Assembly (NCBI GenBank): GCA_020720765.1
Contig: DYOB01000005.1
Coordinates: forward strand, 1-61,235
Source of the DNA: Borreliella garinii
Lineage (GTDB): Bacteria > Spirochaetota > Spirochaetia > JABEVK01
Direction of reading: 5' to 3'
Length of the DNA: 61,235 nt
Positions 1-8,029 of the stretch are shown here, piece by piece. The notes beneath the pieces are model-generated. The model was not told the DNA's origin. It saw nothing but the letters and a program-made list of their open reading frames with translations, and did no database searches. A program made the translations under genes and the position numbers. The stretch's first letter is position 1; every line of letters begins with the position of its first letter.

Positions 1-50
1 TGCATCCCGGCTCCCCGGTCCTGTATCAAAATCTCAAGCGCAACAGGCTC
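1..50 (+). mobile_element. 3' terminal 50 bp of an IS1182-like element, second copy, cut by the window edge
   Basis: Reverse complement of 1-50 matches 60835-60884 at 47/50 positions. It ends ...CAACAGGCTC and is followed by CTAG (51-54), the putative target site. Confidence 0.85.
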
Positions 51-87
51 CTAGTAAATCCGATGTATAAATAGATTAATCCTGTTT

Positions 88-672
88 TCAGAAGCTTTTT
101 TTGTCCTTGTAGTTAATTACACTGATTCTCGGTAAGAGGAAGAGGACGAGAAGAATACCTGAAAGGGTAATTTTCAGAACAGAGTCTATAAAACTTACTG
201 ATTTACCCTGTAGGAATGAAATTTCATAAATAATTTGGAAAATTGCCAGAGACACAAAGAGTAACCGGGCCCAACTAAAGTAATGGCTTTGTTTGTAAGG
301 CAATTCTATTCCTAACTTATAAAAGATATCTTTCAGTAGCATCTTATTCTTTACATTTGTTTGCTCCCAAAACTTTGGTTCATCTTTCATCTGATCAATA
401 ATTTCTTTAGCTTTTTCGTTAACCTGAATATCAAGAGGCTCAGGAGAATATTTAATTGCTCCGATTTCTTGAAGTGGAGAGAGACTTGTTCTAATATTTG
501 TACTTTTACTTTTGTGAAGAATTTCACCGGAAAGTTTTCTAAGTGAATCGTATTTTTTAAGTTGTCCAGATTGGTTTAAGACAAACAAGCAACAAAGAAC
601 GTGAATGTCCTTAGCTTTAACCTTATTCGACTTCCTATTATTAATAATTTGGGTGGAAGGGTCTCTTGACAT
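88..672 (-). CDS. Hypothetical protein: soluble N-terminal domain (possibly winged-helix-like) plus two C-terminal TM helices; AT-rich cargo
   Basis: 194-aa ORF with an AGGAG SD upstream; two hydrophobic segments near the C-terminus; AT-rich compared with the flanks. Confidence 0.7.
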   Translation of the reverse strand: MSRDPSTQIINNRKSNKVKAKDIHVLCCLFVLNQSGQLKKYDSLRKLSGEILHKSKSTNIRTSLSPLQEIGAIKYSPEPLDIQVNEKAKEIIDQMKDEPKFWEQTNVKNKMLLKDIFYKLGIELPYKQSHYFSWARLLFVSLAIFQIIYEISFLQGKSVSFIDSVLKITLSGILLVLFLLPRISVINYKDKKSF

Positions 673-814
673 AGTTAATTTCTCCTAAACGCTTTAATTC
701 AATATAACACAGTTCTGAGTAAGCTCCAGATGTTTACAGGTGTTTAGAAATTGAAAACAAATTTCTATCCTCAAATTCGTTTCCTGTGGTACCTTCGCTG
801 CAAGGAGGGCATAA

Positions 815-1045
815 ATGCTCAAAAAACACAACGGTTCCGATCAATTGGTTGGAAAAGCAGAAGCGGCGGAAATCCTGGGAGTTTCGCCAAAGACAATCAG
901 CGGGTGGATCCTGAAAAAGATCCTTCCCTTCCCGGTCTACCGTGTCGGGGGGCACCTGAGGTTCCGGGTTTCTGACCTGGAGAAGTACCTGGAAAGTCAC
1001 ATCGAGGATCATGGGACTAATCTTACACGGGGAGGTCGCTCGTGA
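815..1045 (+). CDS. Excisionase-family HTH (HTH_17/AlpA-like) DNA-binding protein
   Basis: EAAEILGVSPKTISGW...VGGHLRFRVSDLEKYL signature; GGAGG SD; GTGA overlap with the next gene. Confidence 0.85.
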   Translation: MLKKHNGSDQLVGKAEAAEILGVSPKTISGWILKKILPFPVYRVGGHLRFRVSDLEKYLESHIEDHGTNLTRGGRS

Positions 1046-2664
1046 CCCCAGAAGAAAAAACCCCGTTTCCGGCGGCCACCGAAAGCGGGGTACAGAAGAC
1101 GCCTAAGGAAGGCGCCGAACCTACATCTAACTCTATCGATTTTCCTGAGATAGGACAAGCCTCGGGAATCTTGGAAGGGTGGAAAACCTCTGGGAGAAAG
1201 CCAAATCGTGCGCCTATCAAGATTTCCACGAAACGTCCTGTCGCAGAAATAACCGCGGAGGTTGTAAAACTCATTCCCTTATTCAACAACCCTCCGATCC
1301 TTTTCACCAAAGACCGTAGCGTTCGGGTAGTAGAGAAAGATGGCGGTTCTATTCGGCTGGACGAGGTGGACGTTAATATTCTCTCACACCACCTCGACCG
1401 TTGGTTCCGGTTTGTCGATAGCGATTCCGGCCGCACTAACAAAGGGGCGCCTCTTCGTGTGGTTCGCGATCTTCTGGCACTACCGCAGTTGCCGTTTCCG
1501 GAGTTGGAGCGAATTACTACAGCTCCATTCTTCGACAAAGCAGGGTCTTATTGGTGCCTTCCGGGGTTTCACAATGGAACTTTGCTTTTGGGAAAGCGTC
1601 TGGAAAGGAAAAAGATTTGGACTCCTGTAGAAAGCCTACGATATCTTAAAGAAGAACTCCTAGGAGATTTCCCCTTCGAGTCTCCTGCTGACGGTACAAT
1701 GGCCTTGGCCCTTGGAGTGACTGTCCTGGCCCGGGAGCTCATCGATGGCCCGACGCCACTCTTCTCTATAGAAGCTCCGCAAGCGGGAACAGGGAAAACC
1801 CTGCTAGTTCGTTCCATTCTCCAGAGTATTCTCGGTAGTCCCTACGGTTGGAACCACATGAGCGCTGACATCTCAAACGAGGAAGAGTGGCGCAAGCGTC
1901 TTTTCTCGGTTATGCTCCTGGGTCTACCTGTCTTAGTACTCGACAACCTCAGTATCCCGCTAAATAGTAGCTCCCTATCCTCCATCCTCACGTCACAGAG
2001 TTATACAGACAGACTCTTAGGAAGGTCTTCAACGGCCAGCATTCAGGTAAGAAATGTGTGGATCCTCACGGGTAATAATCCTTCCTTCAGTTCCGAGCTG
2101 GCACGAAGGGTTGTTACTATCCGACTCAATGCAGCCTCAGAGAGTCCGCAACACCGTAGTGGTTTTAAATATGTCGACCTCTATGCATGGGTTACCGAAC
2201 ACCAAGCTGAATTGATTGGTGCTTGGGCCAGCCTGGTTCAGAATTGGATTAAACAGGGAAAACCACTTTACAGCGGAAAAACTCTTGGTGGTTTCGAAGC
2301 ATGGGTGCAAACTGTAGGCGGGATCCTGGAGGTAAATGGAGTGACAGGTTTCTTAGAAGGTCAAAGTAATAAAACCATCGTTCACGACATTGAAACCGAA
2401 GCCTTACAAGCTTTCATCCAAACCTGGTGGGACAAGTTTAGCAATCAAATTGTCGAAAGCATGAAAGACCTGGTTCCAATCGCGAGGTCCATCGACGGTT
2501 GGGATTTGGGTAGGCGTGAAGATCAAAACCTGTCCATTGCCCTCGGGAAAAAACTCAATTCCATCCGTAGCAGGAGGTTTCGGACACCAAATGGTCTGGT
2601 TGCCGTGCAATTTCTAACGAGAGTCCATGGAAAATCCCGTTACCAATTAGCCCTCATCGGGTAG
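1042..2664 (+). CDS. P-loop NTPase/helicase-like replication protein of the integrative element (primase-helicase C-terminal type)
   Basis: Walker A APQAGTGKT, Walker B-like VLVLDN, TGNN motif and LARR finger; follows xis and precedes an IR-rich putative ori. Confidence 0.75.
   Translation: MTPEEKTPFPAATESGVQKTPKEGAEPTSNSIDFPEIGQASGILEGWKTSGRKPNRAPIKISTKRPVAEITAEVVKLIPLFNNPPILFTKDRSVRVVEKDGGSIRLDEVDVNILSHHLDRWFRFVDSDSGRTNKGAPLRVVRDLLALPQLPFPELERITTAPFFDKAGSYWCLPGFHNGTLLLGKRLERKKIWTPVESLRYLKEELLGDFPFESPADGTMALALGVTVLARELIDGPTPLFSIEAPQAGTGKTLLVRSILQSILGSPYGWNHMSADISNEEEWRKRLFSVMLLGLPVLVLDNLSIPLNSSSLSSILTSQSYTDRLLGRSSTASIQVRNVWILTGNNPSFSSELARRVVTIRLNAASESPQHRSGFKYVDLYAWVTEHQAELIGAWASLVQNWIKQGKPLYSGKTLGGFEAWVQTVGGILEVNGVTGFLEGQSNKTIVHDIETEALQAFIQTWWDKFSNQIVESMKDLVPIARSIDGWDLGRREDQNLSIALGKKLNSIRSRRFRTPNGLVAVQFLTRVHGKSRYQLALIG
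1054..1123 (-). ncRNA. Predicted ~70-nt countertranscribed antisense RNA over the 5' end of the rep gene
   Basis: Minus-strand TTGTCC(1158-1153)-17-TAGAGT(1135-1130) promoter; internal stem GGCGCCT/AGGCGTC; terminator stem ACCCCGCTTTCGG/CCGGAAACGGGGT followed by a T tract (1091-1055). Confidence 0.55.
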
Positions 2665-2767
2665 GGAAAGGAGGAGGTGGAAGGGGATTTTTCTTACCAA
2701 CTAAATTTTTTGATAAAAAAAAATAAAAGAAGGTAAAAATCCCCCACCACTCCCTTCACCCCCTACC
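2660..2767. repeat. Imperfect ~37-bp inverted repeat (purine arm/pyrimidine arm) around an AT-rich core; putative replication origin
   Basis: GGTAGGG...GTGGAAGGGGATTTTTCTTACC versus GGTAAAAATCCCCCACCAC...CCCTACC, flanking TAAATTTTTTGATAAAAAAAAATAAAA, immediately after the rep gene. Confidence 0.55.
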
Positions 2768-2782
2768 TGGTCTCTTTTTATA

Positions 2783-2825
2783 GCCTCGTCGTTTCAAGCT
2801 TTTTCAAAGCTTGGAACGGAGAGGC
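2783..2825. terminator. Long hairpin between convergent genes (terminator or ori element)
   Basis: GCCTC..CGTTTCAAGCTTT-ttc-AAAGCTTGGAACG..GAGGC. Confidence 0.5.
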
Positions 2826-2923
2826 AACTTGCCAAATTTTATACATTCGGGTTACAGAAGGAAACGGGAGGAAGTTCCATATTAGGTGATGCATAGAACT
2901 TCCCGCACCCTTTTCACGGTGTA

Positions 2924-3760
2924 CTAGCTGACTTTGGGATAGAGATCCCGGCCTTTACGGCAAGCAAATCCCATTTGGATCAGTTTTCGATGGGCCCGCC
3001 TCAGGCGGCCCGTAGGGAGGATCCTCTCCTGCTCTAATTGCCCCCGTCCTCTCAGTGGAAGATCTGGTCCCCGGTAACTGGCTTCCAAAACTATTCTCAT
3101 ATCATCGTCCATCGATTCTCGCTGTAAGGGGCTCTTTGGATGTATTTCCTCAAATTGTTTGGAGAGCACAATAATCCCGGCTTCCAAGGTTAAGGCAAGA
3201 ATGCTGGCTAAGACCAGGACTAAGACTTGCGGAGTGGTGTTCAGTATTCTGGCCAAAACTGTTCGGAATGCAACACCTCCTGTCTGAGCCTGTCTAACTG
3301 GTTTCTGATCCCACACGGTTGATTTTCTAGCGTCTAAGGCGATAAGTGCTTCCGTTAAGCGGATGCGAGACGTCACCCAACCTGCTGGTAACCGGTCCCG
3401 TTCCAACACCAGAGCCGCGCGGTCGACTTCCAATGTGCGAAGAGTGTTTTCCCATTCAGTCGTTGCTTGAAAAAAAGATGCCTCCATGTCTTGACGTATC
3501 TCCAGCATATCGATCGTCAAACCCATGGTGGCTGCCAGGGAAAGTCCGGTGAAGACCATCCCGAAGATCAACGCGTAGACTTTCTTTTCAATGTGCCATC
3601 GCGACCATAGGACAACTTTAGAAAGTTCAAGACCCAAAGCCGTGAACGCCATAATCACTCCGGAGAGCCCTTCCCCAAGCGTATACCAGAACCAAATGCT
3701 GATAAGAGTAGCGGCTAGCCAAAGTACTGCTAATGCAATTTTTTGAAAGAAGTTATTCAC
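2924..3760 (-). CDS. Membrane protein (3 N-terminal TMs, coiled coil, TM, basic C-terminal domain), coupled to the integrase
   Basis: 278-aa ORF with a hydrophobicity pattern read by eye; overlaps the integrase stop by 8 nt. Confidence 0.75.
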   Translation of the reverse strand: MNNFFQKIALAVLWLAATLISIWFWYTLGEGLSGVIMAFTALGLELSKVVLWSRWHIEKKVYALIFGMVFTGLSLAATMGLTIDMLEIRQDMEASFFQATTEWENTLRTLEVDRAALVLERDRLPAGWVTSRIRLTEALIALDARKSTVWDQKPVRQAQTGGVAFRTVLARILNTTPQVLVLVLASILALTLEAGIIVLSKQFEEIHPKSPLQRESMDDDMRIVLEASYRGPDLPLRGRGQLEQERILPTGRLRRAHRKLIQMGFACRKGRDLYPKVS

Positions 3761-5045
3761 TGAATACCCCCTTGACCATCTGCCCTGCAGATTCAGCTAC
3801 GGGTCTTAGTTCTTCCAGCCGGGCATTATCATATTGTACGGTCATACGCTCGGACTTGTGACCCATAACACGGCGGGTATTCGCTCCTCCGACACGTCCT
3901 AAGAGATATGTTTCATAGTAGGATCGAAAAGAGTGAAAATTAAGTCCACGGCTTTTTTGTTCTTCTTTATTAATACCGATTTTTTCTAGTGCCTTAGACA
4001 GATTCCATCGAATTGTACGTACTGTTTCCGGATCACCATTTTCCCTTGATACCACATAACCCTCAGGGCGTCTTATAGTCATAAGAAAGTTTGATATTTC
4101 CGGGGCAAGTGGAGGAGTGGGGGCGGCTCCTGTTTTGGTTTCCGAAGTCTTTCCATCAACACCTAATTGCCTGTCAAGTCTGACATAAGGAATCGGGGAA
4201 TCAAGAAAAACCCTGTCCCATGTAAGACCGAGAATTTCATTGAGCCGACCACCCGTTGATGACGACAAGAAAGCAGAAAGCCAACTGTTAAAGCTCGATA
4301 TATTCAAACCCCAAATCTTGGACATGGTTTCATACTTAAACAGCATCAAAAACTCGTCCGGTTCAAGCAGTGTTCTTTCCCGCCTGTTTATTTCTGCTAC
4401 ACGCTCCACGGAATTAAGCGGATTATTGTCAATGATGGCCAACCTAGCAGCTTCTTTGAGAATTAACCCGAGGGCTTGAAAAATTTGGTTTACACGGCGC
4501 CCGCTTAGGTTGGCACCTGTAGACCTTACACCTTCATTTTCTTTTAACTCTAGTTTCCATTTTTCTAGATCAGAAGTTGTTATGTTGTTTAATTTCCATG
4601 ATGCCCATTTAGGCATGATGTACCGCTGTAAATCAGATATATAATTTCTAAGAGTCCCGGGTCTTAGGCCCTTACCTTCTGCAACACGTCGACGATTAAA
4701 AGGACACTTAGGACCGAACCATTCACCCGCCCATTCTTTAAAGGTAGGGATATGGCGCTCTTTCACCCACTGAAGGAAATAACCTTCACCCGGGCAAGGC
4801 GGCGCCCATTCAAGCACATAGGACGGTTTAGGCCGTGAACCATGAACCCACTGAAGAGTATTACCAGGATTTTGGAGACCATTCTCCTGAACATAGGTTC
4901 TAGCGAATAAATCAGCCCTAGTCTTGGACGTCTCCCCGGTGGATAGGCGGTGCCTGACACCATCATCTGAATAAAAATAAAAATAGTAGGCACCTGTGGA
5001 TTTTCTGCGCACTAATGAATAAGGAAGTTTCATTTTTCGACGCAT
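3753..5045 (-). CDS. int: Tyrosine recombinase/phage integrase
   Basis: Catalytic motifs TGGRLNE (R), HSFR (HxxR) and MGH...TVQY (H, Y) are intact; N-terminal arm-binding region YYFYFY...RLSTG. Confidence 0.95.
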   Translation of the reverse strand: MRRKMKLPYSLVRRKSTGAYYFYFYSDDGVRHRLSTGETSKTRADLFARTYVQENGLQNPGNTLQWVHGSRPKPSYVLEWAPPCPGEGYFLQWVKERHIPTFKEWAGEWFGPKCPFNRRRVAEGKGLRPGTLRNYISDLQRYIMPKWASWKLNNITTSDLEKWKLELKENEGVRSTGANLSGRRVNQIFQALGLILKEAARLAIIDNNPLNSVERVAEINRRERTLLEPDEFLMLFKYETMSKIWGLNISSFNSWLSAFLSSSTGGRLNEILGLTWDRVFLDSPIPYVRLDRQLGVDGKTSETKTGAAPTPPLAPEISNFLMTIRRPEGYVVSRENGDPETVRTIRWNLSKALEKIGINKEEQKSRGLNFHSFRSYYETYLLGRVGGANTRRVMGHKSERMTVQYDNARLEELRPVAESAGQMVKGVFSE

Positions 5046-5161
5046 AGCCCCCCCTTTTTATTGGCACTTATTTGATGCCACACCATAATATCATGGAAAA
5101 TAAGGAACTCAAAACCTTGACTTAAGGAAATAAGTCTATATGCTAAAATGATTTGTTTATT

Positions 5162-5233
5162 AGCGCCCAGTGGGAGTCGAACCCACGTCTTCAGCTTGGA
5201 AGGCTGAGGTAATAGCCGTTATACGACGGGCGC
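5162..5233 (-). tRNA. tRNA-Gly (anticodon TCC), CCA not encoded
   Basis: GCGCCCG acceptor stem, anticodon arm TCAGC-cTTCCAA-GCTGA, T-loop GGTTCGACTCC, U discriminator. Confidence 0.95.
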
Positions 5234-5245
5234 AAGGACTATGAA

Positions 5246-5274
5246 ATATTAGAGAAAACATGGTTCTTTGTCAA
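5246..5274 (-). promoter_or_regulatory. sigma70 promoter of tRNA-Gly
   Basis: TTGACA-17-TAATAT on the minus strand, 12 nt upstream of the tRNA. Confidence 0.75.
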
Positions 5275-5291
5275 GAAGTTTTCTTTCTAAC

Positions 5292-5864
5292 TTATTTAAC
5301 TATCCCGCTGAATCCCAGAAAAGCCAGGCTCATCAGGCCAGCTGTAATAAGGGCTAACGGAGCGCCACGCATAGGTTTGGGGACTACGTAAAGGTCGAGC
5401 TGTTCGCGGATGCCGGCAAAAAGTGTAAGAGCAAGGCCAAAACCGAGGGCCGTCGCAGCTGAAAAAAGTACTCCTTCACCGAGTCCGTAGCCTTTTTGGA
5501 CCGTAAGAATCGCTATTCCCAGGACTGCACAATTTGTGGTGATGAGCGGGAGAAATATTCCCAGGGCTTGGTAGAGGGGCGGTGCGGATTTTTTCAGAAT
5601 GATTTCCACCATCTGGACGAGGGCCGCAATGACTAGGATGAAGACTATGGTTTGAAGAAACTCGACATTCCAAGCGACCAAAAGTCCTTGAAGAAGCGAT
5701 GTCACAAGGGTGGCGAGTGCCATAACAAAAAGAACCGCTACCCCCATGCCCAAACTCGTCTCGACCTTTTTACTGACCCCGAGAAATGGGCAGACCCCGA
5801 GAAACTGTGTGAGGACGACGTTATTGACGAGTACGGCACCGATGATAATGAGGAAATAGGTCAT
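5292..5864 (-). CDS. rnfA: Rnf electron transport complex subunit A
   Basis: LVNNVVLTQFLGVCPFLGVS and LPLITTNCAVLG motifs; operon context. Confidence 0.95.
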   Translation of the reverse strand: MTYFLIIIGAVLVNNVVLTQFLGVCPFLGVSKKVETSLGMGVAVLFVMALATLVTSLLQGLLVAWNVEFLQTIVFILVIAALVQMVEIILKKSAPPLYQALGIFLPLITTNCAVLGIAILTVQKGYGLGEGVLFSAATALGFGLALTLFAGIREQLDLYVVPKPMRGAPLALITAGLMSLAFLGFSGIVK

Positions 5865-6460
5865 GCTTTAGCTCCTTTGAGTTTGGCGTATTGGAGGAGG
5901 GCAATAAGGAGTCCTAAGAGCAGAAAGGCTCCCGGGGCTAGGACAAATCCCGTCATGGTAAAATCTTCCGGTAGAATCTTGAGAGTAAACCACGTTCCGC
6001 TGCCGAGGATTTCCCTGACGCTTCCCAAGGCGGTAAGACCTAGGGTAAATCCTAGTCCCATTCCCAATCCATCCAGGATGCTGGGTAAGATGGGGTTTTT
6101 CGCAGCGAAGGCCTCGGCGCGGCCCAGGATAATACAATTGACCACAATAAGGGGAATAAAGATTCCCAAGGTTGCGTAGAGACTGGGAAGGTAGGCTTCC
6201 ATAAGAAGCTGTATCACTGTGACAAAGGTGGCGATGATCACTATAAAGGCGGGTATTCTGACCGTATCTGGGATGACTTTCCGAAGAAGGCTGATAATAA
6301 AGTTGGAACCTACCAAAACCGCAGCTGTGGCTAAACCCATACCTATGCCGTTGGCTGCGCTTGAGGTCACACCCAGAGTCGGACACATTCCGAGGAGAAG
6401 AACGAAGGTGGGATTCTCATCGATAAGTCCCTTGGTGAACTCTTTGAGGTTACTATTCAT
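5861..6460 (-). CDS. rnfE: Rnf subunit E
   Basis: ENPTFVLLLGMCPTL and IPLIVVNCIILGRAEAFA. Confidence 0.95.
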   Translation of the reverse strand: MNSNLKEFTKGLIDENPTFVLLLGMCPTLGVTSSAANGIGMGLATAAVLVGSNFIISLLRKVIPDTVRIPAFIVIIATFVTVIQLLMEAYLPSLYATLGIFIPLIVVNCIILGRAEAFAAKNPILPSILDGLGMGLGFTLGLTALGSVREILGSGTWFTLKILPEDFTMTGFVLAPGAFLLLGLLIALLQYAKLKGAKA

Positions 6461-7056
6461 GGCATGCCCTCCAGGGCTTTGGTATTTGCAGAGTCGAACG
6501 CTTCAGTAAGGGCGTTTTGGGCTTGGTTGAGGGCATCCAGAAAGGCTCTGCTGGAAATTGTTGCAGCGGTTAAAGCGTCGATACCGCCGCCGTCCTTCTT
6601 GACCTTTAAGGGAAATCCGCTGGCTTGAAGGTTTGGAAATTGGACGAGAAATTTTTCCTCTTTGAGCTTGGTACCAAGTCCAGGTGTCTCTTTCAGTTCG
6701 AGGACTGTTGCTTTAATAACTGAACCGTCGGTCCTGAATCCTGCGAGGATAACGATATCGCCCGCGTACCCTTTTGAAGTCACTGACCTGACTGCTATAC
6801 CCGAAAGTCCATCTTGGTTTCTCGCAGGATAAAAGGTCAGGTTGGGATAGGCTTCCAAGGTAAATTGTTCTGTACCCGGGTTATTGGTAAAGTTTTCGAG
6901 TACCGTTGCCAACGTGTCCTGAAGGCGTTGTGCTTTTCCCTGGACTATGACCGGAGAGGTAATCAGCTGGGTTGCACTGAGCAGGACACCGCTGATAAGA
7001 CTGATGGTCAGAAGGGATACTATAAGAGTTTTAAGGGTTTCAGATTTTTGCGACAT
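6457..7056 (-). CDS. rnfG: Rnf subunit G (FMN-binding)
   Basis: N-terminal TM, GYAG, ETPGLG, and DALTAATISS FMN attachment motif. Confidence 0.93.
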   Translation of the reverse strand: MSQKSETLKTLIVSLLTISLISGVLLSATQLITSPVIVQGKAQRLQDTLATVLENFTNNPGTEQFTLEAYPNLTFYPARNQDGLSGIAVRSVTSKGYAGDIVILAGFRTDGSVIKATVLELKETPGLGTKLKEEKFLVQFPNLQASGFPLKVKKDGGGIDALTAATISSRAFLDALNQAQNALTEAFDSANTKALEGMP

Positions 7057-8029
7057 AGTTCGTATTCCTTCCGAAGGGCCGGGGTTTGAAATATTTGTTC
7101 ATCAGGGGAACCACTGCATTCATTATGAGAATCGAGTAGGCGACGCCGTCCGGGTAGGTCCCCCAGAGTCTGATTACACCGCAGAGGATACCCGCGCTCA
7201 GTCCGTAGACTACCTGGGCATTCCCAAGCATCGGCGAGGTGGAATAGTCGGTAGCCATAAAAAATGCACCGAGCATCACCCCTCCCATTACGAGGTGGAA
7301 AAGAGGATCAGCGTATTGCGTCGGGTCCATCATCCATGCGGGAAGCAGTACGGCAACAAGTCCCAGGATATAGGTGAGGGGAATTCTCCAATTAATGACA
7401 CGGGTGGCTATAAGAAAAAGACCGCCCAGAAGAAGTGCAAGGGCGTAGATTTCGTAACTCCAGAGTTCCGGCTGGAAACCCCCGGCAAGTTTCTGTGTCC
7501 AGGATAAGACGCCCGTCGGATCCGTTTCTTTTAGAAGGGAAAGCGGTGTGGCACTGCTGACGGTATCCAGGCCGAACCAGCCGTGTGCGAAGGGTTTCGG
7601 CCAGGAGGTCATGGCTACCGGGAAACTCGCTAGTAGAAAAGCCCTTCCTACCAGTGCGGGGTTAAAGGGATTTCTGCCGATTCCCCCAAAGGCCATTTTA
7701 CCGAACCCGATGCTGATTACAGCACCGACAATTATCGGGTAGGCTGTCAGGGAACTAGGAACGTTAAGGGCTATCAGGACCCCGGTGAGTACGGCACTCA
7801 AGTCTCCTATCGTGTTGGGTCCTTTATACAGAAACTTTTGAATAAGGGCTTCCACGAGAACCGACGCCAGAATGCTTATTGCAAGAACGAACAGAAACGA
7901 GGTTCCAAAAAACCAGGTTTGCACAATGATGGCCGGCATCAGAGCAATGATCACCACACCCATGATCATGGAAATATTGACAGGTGCTTTAGCGTGCGGA
8001 CTTTGCGAAATATTGAGGAGGCTGCTCAT
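7040..8029 (-). CDS. rnfD: Rnf subunit D (start re-assigned to ATG 8029)
   Basis: SPH N-terminus, FGGIGRNPFNPALVGR, SSATPL FMN site, FFMATD; ATGA overlap with the rnfC stop. Confidence 0.95.
   Translation of the reverse strand: MSSLLNISQSPHAKAPVNISMIMGVVIIALMPAIIVQTWFFGTSFLFVLAISILASVLVEALIQKFLYKGPNTIGDLSAVLTGVLIALNVPSSLTAYPIIVGAVISIGFGKMAFGGIGRNPFNPALVGRAFLLASFPVAMTSWPKPFAHGWFGLDTVSSATPLSLLKETDPTGVLSWTQKLAGGFQPELWSYEIYALALLLGGLFLIATRVINWRIPLTYILGLVAVLLPAWMMDPTQYADPLFHLVMGGVMLGAFFMATDYSTSPMLGNAQVVYGLSAGILCGVIRLWGTYPDGVAYSILIMNAVVPLMNKYFKPRPFGRNTNYVAKI

Larger units (their letters stand above)
55..5161. mobile_element. Small integrative (phage-satellite or integrative-plasmid-like) element at the tRNA-Gly 3' end; left boundary not visible
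   Basis: Tyrosine integrase directly downstream of the tRNA 3' end, plus excisionase HTH, P-loop replication protein, IR-rich putative ori and an AT-rich accessory gene. Confidence 0.8.

Noticed and set aside
55-815. Second att site (direct repeat of the tRNA-Gly 3' end)
   Set aside because: No copy of AGCGCCCAGTGGGAG was found by eye; it probably lies beyond the IS or window edge.
751-975. 74-aa ORF overlapping xis, and the 92-aa antisense ORF 734-1012
   Set aside because: The xis frame has the SD and the family signature; these ORFs have neither.
5117-5144. Plus-strand TTGACT-16-TATGCT promoter and GACTTA/TAAGTC palindrome between int and the tRNA
   Set aside because: It would fire antisense into the tRNA and could equally be an integrase arm site or chance in AT-rich DNA; too weak to call.
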